The translations under genes and the position numbers were made by a program. Positions 19,311-29,451 of a stretch of DNA of 64,000 nucleotides are shown here, piece by piece. Position 1 is the first letter of the stretch. Every line of letters starts with the position of its first letter. The notes beneath the pieces were generated by a model. That model saw only the letters and a program-made list of their open reading frames with translations, did not search any database and was not told where the DNA came from. The stretch covers positions 32,001 to 96,000 of IMG/VR virus record IMGVR_UViG_3300030103_005357; one strand, given 5' to 3'. The DNA is from a virus.

Positions 19311-21866
19311 ATGCCTTTATACGAATTTCAGCCATCTTTTACTGTCGATCAAACGGATTTGAGTTTAACATCTACAGGTAGCGGAGTACACCTTAACAAA
19401 GCTGTTACTGTCAATTTAGGCATCTTGGATAGGGTTAGTGGAGTTGTAGAGAGCAATACAGACTTGTTATCAAACTCTTATATTAATAATATTAATGTAG
19501 ATATTCTTAACATTGATGGGACTGTCAAGCATCAAAATTTCCTTACTGATTACAAGTCTAATCTATTTACTATAACAGAGTATGATAATATCAATGTCTT
19601 TGGCCAATACACCAAGGATTTTGGCATAAGAGCTACTGTTTTGGAAAGTTCTCAGACTCACACCTCTGAATTTTATCTTTATGGTAATACTCTTGAATTT
19701 AGTGGTATAACAATTAGAGATTCAACAGGTACGACCTCTCATACTGGATCTCAAAGCAGTAAGACGGCTGTAAATGCGACTGGTCAGACTGGGATTTTAA
19801 CTAGTACTATCACATTCAATAATGATAAACTTTACACATCTTTTGACAAAGTAGACATTTACAGTTCTACTGGATCGGATGCGTTCGTTAATCAGAGCGG
19901 CCTCACCCCAGTTTTTTCGCGTAACTTAAATAACGCGCCTATTCAATCATTTAATATTCCAGAGGGTATATTACCTCCCGATACTGGTATATATCTCCAC
20001 TTTGTTCCCTATAGTCAGGTTGGCCAAGGTGAAGCTTGGACCGTTGGTCCATACACTTTTAAAAATAACCCTGTAGCTTCTAACCCTTTTGTCACCGAAG
20101 TCACCAGCGGTGACATTACAGGAGCTTTGGGCTTCACACCCTTAAGTGGTGTTTCGAGTTCCGTTAGAACGGTCACCGCTGGCGGCAATACCCTTGACTC
20201 TAGTGAGACGTTAGCGTTTACGGCGGGTTCGAATATGCAAATTACGGAATCTGCTGGTGCGGTCACCATTGCGGTAGACGGTTCCTCTCAATTACCCACT
20301 GCAACGATCCCTAACCTTGCAGCTTCGAAAATCACCTCTGGAACCCTAGCTGACGCTCGCATCCCAAGCCTCGCGGCTTCGAAGATTACCTCTGGAACCC
20401 TAGCTGACGCTAGAATTTCTCAGGGTAGCGTCACGCAACACCAAGCCGCGCTGTCTATTACTGAATCGCAGATTAGCGATCTTGGGTCATACATTACGTC
20501 AGTAAGAACGGTAACCGCTGGCGGCAATACCCTTGGCGCGGGTGAGACGTTAGCGTTTACAGCGGGTTCGAATGTGCAAATTACAGAGTCTGCTGGTGCG
20601 GTTAGCATTGCGTCAGTCTCCAGTCTAAACGCAGGTCGTTTATTAGTTGGTAACTCCAGTAATGAGGCCGCAGTGGATGATACTGTTTATATTGATACTA
20701 CTAATGGTAGGGCTGGTATAAATACAAGCAGTCCAGACTATCTTTTAGATATAGGAGGCGATACAGCTAGCGCTAATAACACAATCAGAATGGTTCAAGC
20801 TAATAATGGAACCGCTATAAGAATAGGCGCTGGAGGAGGTAGTAATGATGTAAACCTTTTGAGGGTTGATGGAGACACTAGCACTAACAAGGGAGAGAGT
20901 GACTCTAGTAATTACGGGTTCTCTCTAAGATACAAAGGTTCAGGCTCAGGAGCTAATAACGCTTTATCATTTTTTGCTGATAATTCAAATGCTGGTTCTC
21001 AAATTGAAGCTCTTACTATTTTAAATGATGGTAAAGTGGGTATAAATACAGCGAGTCCATCTCATCCGCTAGATGTTAATGGTACACTTAGGTCTGTTGG
21101 AAACGCGACCTTCGATGCAAATGTTAATGCGGGTGGAGTCATAACTACTGGCGGAAATACAGAAGCCGAAGTAAAGAGTTGGCTACATGCAGGGAGACAG
21201 TGGTCATTCTCAGGTCTACCATTCTTTAACAAAACTTCAGGATCTACAGCTCAAAGACTAGATGGGGCATTTATGGCAGATCTCAATACAGGATCTGCTG
21301 CTAGTAGACGAGCGCAAGCAGTATTTGGAGCAGGATTCAACGATATATCTGGTTATAGTGGAGCTGGTACTGATTATAGTAGAGCTATAGGAGCATCTAT
21401 TAAAGTTGGGTTCTTCATTTCTGGTCAGAATTCTGCTAGCGTTATATTTGCGGTTGGTTTAGCTTCTACTTCAGGTGTTTTTGCTGATGCTGATCCAATT
21501 TCTAATTATGGATTTGGTGTAGAGTTTAGAAGAGGTTCTGGCAGCACAACTGAATGGAGGGTATTCGCGCACGATGGAACATCATTCTCTGCTTCCACTT
21601 TTACTAGTACTGGTATCACACATTCCGTTGATCCTCGTACTATTGCTATCTACAGCGATGGAGCTGGCAACATTACAGCTTACACAGCGATGTATGGATC
21701 TACAAGTTATACAACAGCAACAACAACAGGAGGTCCAACAGCAACTTCTGGCACAAGCACATCAACCAATATGCTTGGTCTTCGATGCAACACTAACGCT
21801 AGCAGTTATGTAAGTGGCGCTCATGCAAAAGCTAGAGCAATGGCTGTTAACTTATTTGCAGAATAA
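19311..21866 (+). CDS. tail fibre / receptor-binding protein
   Basis: Gly/Ser/Thr-rich; two GINT.SP...LD fibre repeats; internal duplications. Confidence 0.75.
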   Translation: MPLYEFQPSFTVDQTDLSLTSTGSGVHLNKAVTVNLGILDRVSGVVESNTDLLSNSYINNINVDILNIDGTVKHQNFLTDYKSNLFTITEYDNINVFGQYTKDFGIRATVLESSQTHTSEFYLYGNTLEFSGITIRDSTGTTSHTGSQSSKTAVNATGQTGILTSTITFNNDKLYTSFDKVDIYSSTGSDAFVNQSGLTPVFSRNLNNAPIQSFNIPEGILPPDTGIYLHFVPYSQVGQGEAWTVGPYTFKNNPVASNPFVTEVTSGDITGALGFTPLSGVSSSVRTVTAGGNTLDSSETLAFTAGSNMQITESAGAVTIAVDGSSQLPTATIPNLAASKITSGTLADARIPSLAASKITSGTLADARISQGSVTQHQAALSITESQISDLGSYITSVRTVTAGGNTLGAGETLAFTAGSNVQITESAGAVSIASVSSLNAGRLLVGNSSNEAAVDDTVYIDTTNGRAGINTSSPDYLLDIGGDTASANNTIRMVQANNGTAIRIGAGGGSNDVNLLRVDGDTSTNKGESDSSNYGFSLRYKGSGSGANNALSFFADNSNAGSQIEALTILNDGKVGINTASPSHPLDVNGTLRSVGNATFDANVNAGGVITTGGNTEAEVKSWLHAGRQWSFSGLPFFNKTSGSTAQRLDGAFMADLNTGSAASRRAQAVFGAGFNDISGYSGAGTDYSRAIGASIKVGFFISGQNSASVIFAVGLASTSGVFADADPISNYGFGVEFRRGSGSTTEWRVFAHDGTSFSASTFTSTGITHSVDPRTIAIYSDGAGNITAYTAMYGSTSYTTATTTGGPTATSGTSTSTNMLGLRCNTNASSYVSGAHAKARAMAVNLFAE
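20160..20612 (+). repeat. internal duplications in the tail fibre gene
   Basis: About 114-bp direct repeat (20160-20273 and 20499-20612) flanking a 54-bp tandem duplication (20307-20360 and 20361-20414). Confidence 0.9.
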
Positions 21867-21872
21867 TTAAAA

Positions 21873-22250
21873 ATGAATATTAACAATAAAACCCAATTAC
21901 AATCAGACCTTAACTGTATTCAAGCAGGTATAGATAAAAGCGAAGAAGCAGTGGGGATAGCTATTGATCGCTTGAATCAAGCTCATAAACAGTTTTGGTC
22001 TTTCCCCGATGATCGTCTAGAAGCGGTATTGCAGCAATTATACGATGACAACTCTCTTAATGATTTATTCGTTAATCATAGTGGCTATGCTGTTGATTTG
22101 AATTCTCTAGCTGAGAACCATACTGATATAGTTAAAAGAGCAAGGGTAGGCGCAAATAGAGAGTTTACTATTAGTAATGATATTGTTACGCTGACTCCAG
22201 AACCTGTTGATCCATTACCTCCTGAACCCACTGGCTCACCAGATGTTTAA
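21873..22250 (+). CDS. hypothetical protein, possibly fibre-associated
   Basis: 125-aa ORF directly after the fibre gene. Confidence 0.55.
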   Translation: MNINNKTQLQSDLNCIQAGIDKSEEAVGIAIDRLNQAHKQFWSFPDDRLEAVLQQLYDDNSLNDLFVNHSGYAVDLNSLAENHTDIVKRARVGANREFTISNDIVTLTPEPVDPLPPEPTGSPDV

Positions 22251-22293
22251 AAACCGTTGAAAATTTTGTTGGTATCAATATTATTAAATAACA

Positions 22294-22488
22294 ATGAACG
22301 AAATTAAAATCTCTCTACAGGAAAATGAAGCTAACGTACTTGTGCAACTTATTGATGTAGCAATCAAGGCCCAAGGTCTTCAAGTTGCTGAAGCGGGATC
22401 ATTTCTCGCTACTAAAATTGAAGAACAAATGAAAGAGCAAACTGCCCCACAAGAAGAAGTAGTAGGGGCAGAAAAGCAAGCTCAATAA
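22294..22488 (+). CDS. hypothetical protein
   Basis: 64-aa ORF. Confidence 0.55.
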   Translation: MNEIKISLQENEANVLVQLIDVAIKAQGLQVAEAGSFLATKIEEQMKEQTAPQEEVVGAEKQAQ

Positions 22489-22552
22489 ATTCTTTTCAAA
22501 AAACATTGACAGCCCCACCATAGATCGTTATGGTTGGGCTGTTACGTTAAAT

Positions 22553-22855
22553 ATGAGTCAAGAAATCGTAAATATCTCAGTCAATAAATCCGACATATTC
22601 AATTATGTTGTGGGTAAAGCTTCTTATGATCCAATCGAGAAGTGTATCGATCCAACTCTATACGAAACGTATTCTGATTTTATCTTGCGTCATGATGGAG
22701 ATCAGCAGGAATACATCTACCAAGATAGAGATTATGAACTGTTCTACAAGGAGATGAGTAAACTAAAAAAACTATCCAAAGGTATGAGCGGAGGCGAAAT
22801 CATTCGTATTTGTGAAGAATTAGAAGAGATGGCCCCTAAAACAATCAGCTTATAA
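22553..22855 (+). CDS. hypothetical protein
   Basis: 100-aa ORF. Confidence 0.55.
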   Translation: MSQEIVNISVNKSDIFNYVVGKASYDPIEKCIDPTLYETYSDFILRHDGDQQEYIYQDRDYELFYKEMSKLKKLSKGMSGGEIIRICEELEEMAPKTISL

Positions 22856-22858
22856 GAC

Positions 22859-23248
22859 ATGCTACAAAGACAAGAATTTATGGAATACGAAGAAATATGT
22901 GAATTAGTGATTGAGTGGGGGGAGAGTAAAGGAATTTTTGATTCATCTACTCCACTTCGCCAACTAGACAAGACGCAAGAAGAGCTTGATGAAACAAGAG
23001 CAGCTTTAAAAAAGCTAAATAATCTTGATCGTCAGCCTGAACTTATGGAAGTTCTTGGAATGCCTACTTCAAATAAAGAGGATATTCTTGCAGAAGTTAA
23101 AGATGGCATTGGTGACATGTTAGTGACTATTGTTTTACTAGCAGAAATGGTAGGTATGGATAGTACAGATTGTTTGCAAGCGGCTTATGATGTAATTAAA
23201 AGCCGCACTGGTAAGATGATAGATGGGCAATTTGTTAAAGATAATTAA
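22859..23248 (+). CDS. MazG-like nucleotide pyrophosphohydrolase
   Basis: KTQEELDE...DGIGDMLVT...AYDVIKSRTGKMIDGQFVKD. Confidence 0.85.
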   Translation: MLQRQEFMEYEEICELVIEWGESKGIFDSSTPLRQLDKTQEELDETRAALKKLNNLDRQPELMEVLGMPTSNKEDILAEVKDGIGDMLVTIVLLAEMVGMDSTDCLQAAYDVIKSRTGKMIDGQFVKDN

Positions 23249-23270
23249 AAAACATTTAAATTAATTTAAA

Positions 23271-23402
23271 ATGAGAAAAGCAGTAGTTTTTGAGAAAAAA
23301 AAGAGGATCAAGAGGAAAGGTATTCATGCTAAAAGCAAGACATCCACCACTAAAACATCCACAAATTATAAAAAACCTTATAGAGGCCAAGGAAAAATTT
23401 GA
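23271..23402 (+). CDS. 43-aa highly basic peptide ending KKPYRGQGKI, not in the ORF track
   Basis: Hand translation MRKAVVFEKKKRIKRKGIHAKSKTSTTKTSTNYKKPYRGQGKI. Confidence 0.65.
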   Translation: MRKAVVFEKKKRIKRKGIHAKSKTSTTKTSTNYKKPYRGQGKI

Positions 23403-23432
23403 TTTTTGGCGGTTTTAGGTGTAATATAATAT

Positions 23433-23627
23433 ATGGACGCTATTATTTCTCTTGTCGAGGGCGAAGCTTGGTTTAATTGGGTTACCGCTGTTATTGCAGC
23501 AGCATCAATTATCGCCGCTGCCAGCCCAACTCCAAAAAAAGGTTCTTGGTTATCTAAAGTTTATTCCGTTATCGATTTTCTAGCTGTAAATGTCGGAAAA
23601 GCTAAGGATAAATCTGAAGATAAGTAA
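23433..23627 (+). CDS. holin-like membrane protein
   Basis: TM helix, then TP.K...IDFLAVNVGKAK; GTGTAA-N8-ATG upstream. Confidence 0.6.
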   Translation: MDAIISLVEGEAWFNWVTAVIAAASIIAAASPTPKKGSWLSKVYSVIDFLAVNVGKAKDKSEDK

Positions 23628-23762
23628 TACTTTTTAGTATATTAAAACCTTAATCTCCCTCACTCTGAATATTCGGGGTGAGGGAATTTTTTTGCCAAAA
23701 CCTTTTCACCAAGGGCAAATATTCTCTTGACAATCTAGAGGTAAATAGTGTAATACATACAC

Positions 23763-24014
23763 ATGAAGATTACAGGTAAGCAGGAAGTCGAAATTGAGAT
23801 TTCCCAAGGCCAAAGACACTTGATTGCTCTTGATTATATTTCAGAGGTATTTGATTGGGACTCAGACTACTTTATTGAGGATGGTTGGGTAATTAAGCGT
23901 GATATAGCTCACACCTCACACTCATTTGAGATTAAGAATAAAGTGAGGGAAGCGAGCAAGCGCGATCAATGTCTGTATGACATCTTCAAAACTTTGAAAA
24001 GACAAGCTTTTTAA
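23763..24014 (+). CDS. hypothetical protein
   Basis: 83-aa ORF with TTGACA promoter upstream. Confidence 0.55.
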   Translation: MKITGKQEVEIEISQGQRHLIALDYISEVFDWDSDYFIEDGWVIKRDIAHTSHSFEIKNKVREASKRDQCLYDIFKTLKRQAF

Positions 24015-24256
24015 CCGTTAAATGAGGAACCGTCCCCAGTGTAACGTAAACCAGCATCAAAGGGGGAAATATAGAGAGACTCGTTTTGATTTAAATCTCT
24101 GATCTTCTTATTGAATTCTCTGGAAATATGATCATCCAATTCCCTATGAGGCATGTTACCGCTGTAAAAGGTAAGGATTTCCGATCTATAATTAGTCCAA
24201 GCCTCTGAAGAGCTAGAGAAGTCTACATGTATTCTTGATTGAGTTAATCGTGGCAT
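24011..24256 (-). CDS. hypothetical protein
   Basis: 81-aa ORF following 24260-24793. Confidence 0.5.
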   Translation of the reverse strand: MPRLTQSRIHVDFSSSSEAWTNYRSEILTFYSGNMPHRELDDHISREFNKKIRDLNQNESLYISPFDAGLRYTGDGSSFNG

Positions 24257-24259
24257 TTC

Positions 24260-24793
24260 TTATTCTCCTTTAGCCCTTTTAATTTGGTCTGCGGTGGGCG
24301 CACCTTTGTCGCCTTTCTTTCTCATTTTCTCACCAGAACCACTCTTGATCCGCTCTTTCTTTTTTCTGATGTTTTCCCACAAGCTGCTATCAGACTTCTC
24401 CTTCTCCTTCTCTTTTTCCTTCTCCTTTAAGATCTCGTCATGGCGCTTCATGAACGTTTTATGATCTGGTCCAGCCATATATAAAGTCTTACCATCTTTT
24501 GTTTTGTGAGGGTGGATACCCTTAAGACCTAACTTCTTAGCGTCCTTCAGAGCCTCCTCTTTTGTTTCAAAGTAGTGCTGCATTACATTAGGCGCTGCGC
24601 TAGAGAAAAACAAAATCTTATCTTCGTCCCCAAGAACTACGGAAGCTTTACTTTCAGCATCTTGGAATTGAGAAGAGCAAACAGCAATCCTTTGCTTGAT
24701 ATCTTTGAACTCGTCCTTGGCTGCAATATCAACCATACAGCGGCTCATAAATTTAGATTTTTTTTCTCCGTTTTTAGGTGTTGGTAAAGGCAT
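24260..24793 (-). CDS. hypothetical multi-module basic phage protein
   Basis: MPLPTP...FMSRCM N-terminal and LWENIRKKKERIKSGSGEKMRK C-terminal modules. Confidence 0.6.
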   Translation of the reverse strand: MPLPTPKNGEKKSKFMSRCMVDIAAKDEFKDIKQRIAVCSSQFQDAESKASVVLGDEDKILFFSSAAPNVMQHYFETKEEALKDAKKLGLKGIHPHKTKDGKTLYMAGPDHKTFMKRHDEILKEKEKEKEKEKSDSSLWENIRKKKERIKSGSGEKMRKKGDKGAPTADQIKRAKGE

Positions 24794-24817
24794 ACTAATT
24801 GTTACACCTAAAATGTG

Positions 24818-25117
24818 TTATTTTTTCACTTTTTTTAAGTGCGTGTTTTCAAGAACCCAAGGAATCACAAGATTCTCAACACACCTCACATAAGCTTCTT
24901 CGTCGTTTATTTCCATGAAGGCTAAACCTGTCATCTCAAAAATCATGTGAGTTGCTTCATGAACCAAGGTCCACCAGTGCTGTTCTGGATCTGTTAGGCA
25001 TTTTTTATTCAATTTAATTACCTTATCATCCATCAAACATTCTCCCCAATCTTCCATTTCCTCGTAAATAATTTTAATCTTCTTGCTGAGAATGTTTACG
25101 GAAGAAAGCCTCTTCAT
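24818..25117 (-). CDS. HExxH zincin-like metalloprotein
   Basis: TLVHEATHM...EE motif. Confidence 0.65.
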   Translation of the reverse strand: MKRLSSVNILSKKIKIIYEEMEDWGECLMDDKVIKLNKKCLTDPEQHWWTLVHEATHMIFEMTGLAFMEINDEEAYVRCVENLVIPWVLENTHLKKVKK

Positions 25118-25172
25118 ACCTATGATTACACTTAATTCTTGACATTTTTGAGTATTTAATTAAAATAAAAAT

Positions 25173-25397
25173 ATGAGCCTACAAGAGGAATTGGATTTAA
25201 TTAAGAAAGCTAAAGTATCCGTAGCGGAGATAGACCTAAAAAAACGAAAGGTTTTCGATGATTTAATTAAAAAAATTGAACCTTCTGGCAGATTAGAAAG
25301 CACAATGTGGGATTATGTGATGGCTGGAATAAACTGTTACGAATACGATCTAGAAACTCTGCTAAAAAATAGGCGAAAAAATCTTGACCCTGAGTAG
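25173..25397 (+). CDS. hypothetical protein
   Basis: 74-aa ORF preceded by TTGACA-16-TAAAAT. Confidence 0.55.
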   Translation: MSLQEELDLIKKAKVSVAEIDLKKRKVFDDLIKKIEPSGRLESTMWDYVMAGINCYEYDLETLLKNRRKNLDPE

Positions 25398-25420
25398 CCA
25401 TCCATTATACTCACGGAGTT

Positions 25421-25918
25421 ATGAATATATTCTGTTTAGACAAAGATCCAGAAATTGCCGCTCGCCAGCATTGTGACAAACACTGTGTCAAGATGATTCT
25501 TGAATGCAATCAACTTCTCTGCACGACATTTTGGATGCAGGGTCTTGAAGCTCCATACAAGAAGACTCACTACAATCACCCATCTGCGATTTGGGCTAGA
25601 GAGTCTCGCGGAAACTTCGAATGGCTTGTTCAACACGCCGCCGCCTTACTTAACGAATATACTAAGAGATATGGCAAACGCCATAAAAGCACAGATACTT
25701 TTATTTGGATTCTGGAGAACAAGCACCGCTTACACTTTGATAAGCAAGAGCAAACAGAATTCGCTATAGCTATTTCTCAAGACCAAAGGTGCAGAAAACT
25801 TCCAAACTTTGACGAACTCCCTGTAGTCGAAAAGTATCGCGAGTATTATAATCACGACAAATCTTACATGGCTAAATGGCAATACAGCGAAACACCAAAG
25901 TGGTATACCGTAAAATAA
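25421..25918 (+). CDS. pyrimidine-dimer DNA glycosylase (DenV-like) family protein
   Basis: MNIF.LD..P..AA..HCDKH.VKMILE and HYNHPSAIW motifs. Confidence 0.75.
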   Translation: MNIFCLDKDPEIAARQHCDKHCVKMILECNQLLCTTFWMQGLEAPYKKTHYNHPSAIWARESRGNFEWLVQHAAALLNEYTKRYGKRHKSTDTFIWILENKHRLHFDKQEQTEFAIAISQDQRCRKLPNFDELPVVEKYREYYNHDKSYMAKWQYSETPKWYTVK

Positions 25919-26021
25919 AAAAAATAATATCTGGAGCCACATTTTTTTCTTTAGTTACTGGATACGCTATTGGAATTTGGGTTTCAATTTTGCTGATTTG
26001 TATAAAAGAATACTTTAATTT

Positions 26022-26792
26022 ATGAGATTATCTGATAATGCTAAAGTAGCTTTTCTAAATCTCAGTTTAGATTCCTTCAATCAGAAGCGGATTTGGAAAA
26101 AATTCTTTGATGATGGAGATGAAGAAACCTTCAACCTTTATATCCACTCTAAAAATAAAAAGTGTTCTGTATTCAAAGACTACTTCATTAAGAATACTGT
26201 CCCTACAAAGTGGGGGCAGTTCTCTCTGGTGGAGGCTACTGTAGAGCTAATGAAATCTGCGTTATCAGACGAACAGAATGAATACTTTACACTGATTAGT
26301 GATTCTCACTTACCTTTGTACAGCCTAAATGAGACTGTAGATTCTATAAAGCAAAGATATGACATCTTAACATTCACAAAACACTTTAGTTTTCATACCA
26401 AAGTGAAGAGTCAAAAGATTTTTAAAGAGGGGATCAAAGGCTACGATTTTGGTGAGTATAATGCTGTTTGCCAGTTTTTTGTCTGTCGAAGAAGAGATGT
26501 TGAAATATTTATTGAGACTTTTGAACATTGGTCTCAGTTCTTTGTGAAAGAAAAAGTTGTATTCGCTGATGAGTTTTATTTTTGGGGAGTAGCGAAGCAG
26601 TTGGAGATGGATTTTAAGATGGGTCAAGCAACAACTTATTCTGATTGGAGCTTTAGGAAATTACCTGATGGTAAATTGGAGCGAAACCCAAAAGCTTTCA
26701 TTACATTCAATAAGGCTATGCTTGAAAGCTACAGAAACCAAGGCTTCTTGTATGCTAGGAAAGTAATGCCAAGCACTTTAATAACATTTTGA
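26022..26792 (+). CDS. core-2/I-branching (GT14-like) glycosyltransferase
   Basis: YIH, TKWGQFSLVEA, LISDSHLPL, DEFYF and YARK motifs. Confidence 0.8.
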   Translation: MRLSDNAKVAFLNLSLDSFNQKRIWKKFFDDGDEETFNLYIHSKNKKCSVFKDYFIKNTVPTKWGQFSLVEATVELMKSALSDEQNEYFTLISDSHLPLYSLNETVDSIKQRYDILTFTKHFSFHTKVKSQKIFKEGIKGYDFGEYNAVCQFFVCRRRDVEIFIETFEHWSQFFVKEKVVFADEFYFWGVAKQLEMDFKMGQATTYSDWSFRKLPDGKLERNPKAFITFNKAMLESYRNQGFLYARKVMPSTLITF

Positions 26793-26801
26793 TTTAAAAA
26801 C

Positions 26802-27419
26802 ATGAAAAATACAGTAGAATTACTTGGGTATTATGGATCTGATGAGGTCATCGCTTGTAGCGCATGGACTTCAACAAGTAGAGAGTTAGATGAAAAGAAA
26901 AGAGAGAGAATTCCGAAGCTCATCGACATGCTTTGGAGTAACGGACATGAGACACCCTTTGAGAAGGGCAGCGTACACTTTCTTGTTGATTGTGATATTG
27001 CCAGTCATATACATTTGCTTAAACATAGGATTTCTTCGCTCAATGCTGAATCGGCTCGCTACAAAGAGCTTAAAGAAAATAAAATGTTTATTCCTGAAGA
27101 TTGGCCAGCATTTTGGCAGAGGGTCTTAGAAGAGTATACCGAAGACGGAAATAGGCTTTACCATAAATGTATTGCTGATCTTGAGCCAGAGTTAGGTCGC
27201 AAACGAGCAAAAGAATCCGCACGGTTCTTTAAGACTTACAATAGTCGCATTCAAGCAGACGTTCAATTCAACATGAGAAGCTTTGCTAACTTCCTAAAAC
27301 TTAGGAATAGCGAACACGCTCAAAAAGAAATAAGAGAAATTGCTCAAAAAATGCTTGACTTGGTTGAGAATATCGAAGAAAATCCGTTCAGACATACCTT
27401 AAATAGTTGGGGTTATTAA
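26802..27419 (+). CDS. thyX: FAD-dependent thymidylate synthase
   Basis: GHETPFE, KHRISSLNAESARY, NMRSFANFLKLR and HAQKEIR. Confidence 0.9.
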   Translation: MKNTVELLGYYGSDEVIACSAWTSTSRELDEKKRERIPKLIDMLWSNGHETPFEKGSVHFLVDCDIASHIHLLKHRISSLNAESARYKELKENKMFIPEDWPAFWQRVLEEYTEDGNRLYHKCIADLEPELGRKRAKESARFFKTYNSRIQADVQFNMRSFANFLKLRNSEHAQKEIREIAQKMLDLVENIEENPFRHTLNSWGY

Positions 27420-27422
27420 ATT

Positions 27423-27656
27423 ATGCAAATTAAAAAAATTGAACTTCGCTCTCTTCAGCAAGTTCGCACTTACGAGTTGGAGGACGGAGATATCATTGAT
27501 AACTTTGGTTCTATAGAAAGATTCCAGAAGATCCTTGATGATTCCGAACAACCTACAGAGGAGGAAAATGAAATGTTATCTAACATTCTGAGCGATTGTC
27601 CAATAGAGGAAGACAATATTATGGGTGATATTGAAGAGTCGTTTTTTGAATATTAA
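27423..27656 (+). CDS. acidic hypothetical protein
   Basis: 77-aa ORF. Confidence 0.5.
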   Translation: MQIKKIELRSLQQVRTYELEDGDIIDNFGSIERFQKILDDSEQPTEEENEMLSNILSDCPIEEDNIMGDIEESFFEY

Positions 27657-27732
27657 AGATTAAAAATGGATACTGAAGCGCTCGCTTTATTAATCGCACT
27701 TATTGCAATGTTAGTATTGCTCATTCAATGTT

Positions 27733-28458
27733 TTGATGGCTAAAAATTCGTATATGAATGATCTTATCAATCTTTTCCGTCAGGAAACTCAGCGGCCCAT
27801 TCTATTTTATAGAATACCAAAAAATGCCAGCACAAGCATTTATAATCATATTGGTCATTTTAATATCGTTAAGCAGTATTACAAAAAGGTATTTGATAAC
27901 GCTGATCAAGAAGTTTATTACAATTGGTTCTGCCCTTCTCACAGTACGCCTGAAGAGTTGTGTGAAACAATTGAGGAGAAAATGGGAAATTGCATAAGAT
28001 TTTGTGTCATTAGAAACCCTTGGGATAGAATGGTTTCCTCTTTTAACCAAAATAGAAAGATTCAAAGTTGGAAATTAACTGGTCACAAACCTAATATGAG
28101 CTTCAAAGAGTTCTGTTCGTTGATCCATGAAAACAAAAATAATAAGAAGTTTCTAGGTTCTAGACCCCAGATCGAATGGGCTTGTGGTAAATACCCTCCT
28201 CATGAAATATTAAGGTTTGAAAACCTAAAATCTGATTTCGCTGCAATGGTTGAGAAATACAAATTAAAAGGATTCTCTAAAGAGTTGCCTCATCAGAATA
28301 AAACCGATCACCCTCATTTTTCTGAATGTTACGACTCAGAATCAAAAGAAATGATTGAGGATGTATTTTTGCAAGATATTAAAAAGTTTAATTATTCTTT
28401 CCCAGAAGATTCTGATTTTTCAAATCCCAAGGGATCAGAAGGTTTTTTAAGAATATAA
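27733..28458 (+). CDS. sulfotransferase family 2 protein
   Basis: IPKNASTS (5'-PSB loop) and RNPWDRMVS (3'-PB). Confidence 0.85.
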   Translation: MMAKNSYMNDLINLFRQETQRPILFYRIPKNASTSIYNHIGHFNIVKQYYKKVFDNADQEVYYNWFCPSHSTPEELCETIEEKMGNCIRFCVIRNPWDRMVSSFNQNRKIQSWKLTGHKPNMSFKEFCSLIHENKNNKKFLGSRPQIEWACGKYPPHEILRFENLKSDFAAMVEKYKLKGFSKELPHQNKTDHPHFSECYDSESKEMIEDVFLQDIKKFNYSFPEDSDFSNPKGSEGFLRI

Positions 28459-28654
28459 CATAAGATTAATGAAGATAAAGAAAAAGAAATTAATTAAATA
28501 CCTCAAAGAATGGGCCAAGGCCAGCGCGAGAGACGCTGAAGTTTACAGCGAGGACGGCGATTACGCACGGGCTTACGAGGCCATTATTATTGCGGATTTC
28601 ATGAAGGACGATCTCATTAAGGGTATTGATTATGATTTCAATAATGAGTAATAC

Positions 28655-28903
28655 ATGATGAATAAAAAATTAATAAAAATGGATGGCTACGATGACTGTA
28701 TTGTCGGGGTAGTAGAGAGGGCTGGTCAAGAACCGATTCTCTGTTACGACAAAGAAGAAGTGCTTCACAAGCTAGAATCCCAAGGCATGAATAGAGACGA
28801 GGCAGAAGAGTTTTTTTATTTTAATCAAATAGGAACGTGGATGGGTGACTCTACACCATGTTTTTTATCAAAAGAGCTTGACAAAGACGAGCTTCTATCT
28901 TAG
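28655..28903 (+). CDS. conserved phage hypothetical protein
   Basis: DGYDDCIVG...YD..EA.EFF.FN..G.WMG..TP pattern. Confidence 0.6.
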   Translation: MMNKKLIKMDGYDDCIVGVVERAGQEPILCYDKEEVLHKLESQGMNRDEAEEFFYFNQIGTWMGDSTPCFLSKELDKDELLS

Positions 28904-29348
28904 AGTACTGAAATCAAAGAAAGAAAAAATGAAAACACAATTATTCTTAGCTGTATCACTAACGCTTTGTGCGCTTGCCACTTGGACTTCCTTTAAGACT
29001 CCTGAAGTTAAAACGGTAATTCAAGAGGAGATTATTTATCCAGAAAAAGTTGAGGCTTGCGTGTCTCTCACCAAGTTTCAACTGGAGAAAATGCTTAGTC
29101 ATTTTAATGAAGACGATCACCCTTCCGAAATGAAGCGTTTTAAAAGTTTGGTTAAGAAAGATGTGAATGGTTGGAGAATCTCTTCAACTCATTTAGCTAA
29201 AGGCGCAGATGATTATCCACTTCCAGACGGTGATTTCCTAGTTGTTGATGCCTCGTTTATTGATTATCATGGGAATTTCAAAGATTGTATCACCTACGCT
29301 CACAGCTATCAAGATAATCACGAATATATTGTGGTATCAGTCAAGTAA
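28845..29348 (+). CDS. hypothetical exported protein; true start probably MKTQLFL
   Basis: Signal-peptide-like segment. Confidence 0.5.
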   Translation: MTLHHVFYQKSLTKTSFYLRVLKSKKEKMKTQLFLAVSLTLCALATWTSFKTPEVKTVIQEEIIYPEKVEACVSLTKFQLEKMLSHFNEDDHPSEMKRFKSLVKKDVNGWRISSTHLAKGADDYPLPDGDFLVVDASFIDYHGNFKDCITYAHSYQDNHEYIVVSVK

Positions 29349-29353
29349 ATTTA

Positions 29354-29436
29354 GGCTCTGTGGCGGAATTGGTAGACGCTGCGGATTTAAAATCCGTTGA
29401 TCCTAGATCGTGAGGGTTCGATCCCCTCCAGAGCTA
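29354..29436 (+). tRNA. tRNA-Leu(TAA)
   Basis: GGCTCTG/CAGAGCT acceptor, anticodon loop TTTAAAA, long variable arm, TTCGATC T loop; CCA not encoded. Confidence 0.9.
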
Positions 29437-29451
29437 TTATCACTTTATTGT

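Noticed and set aside
19311-21866. Diversity-generating retroelement TR/VR pair in the fibre gene
   Set aside because: Repeat differences are mostly synonymous and not adenine-specific, both copies are in-frame coding, and no reverse transcriptase is in the window.
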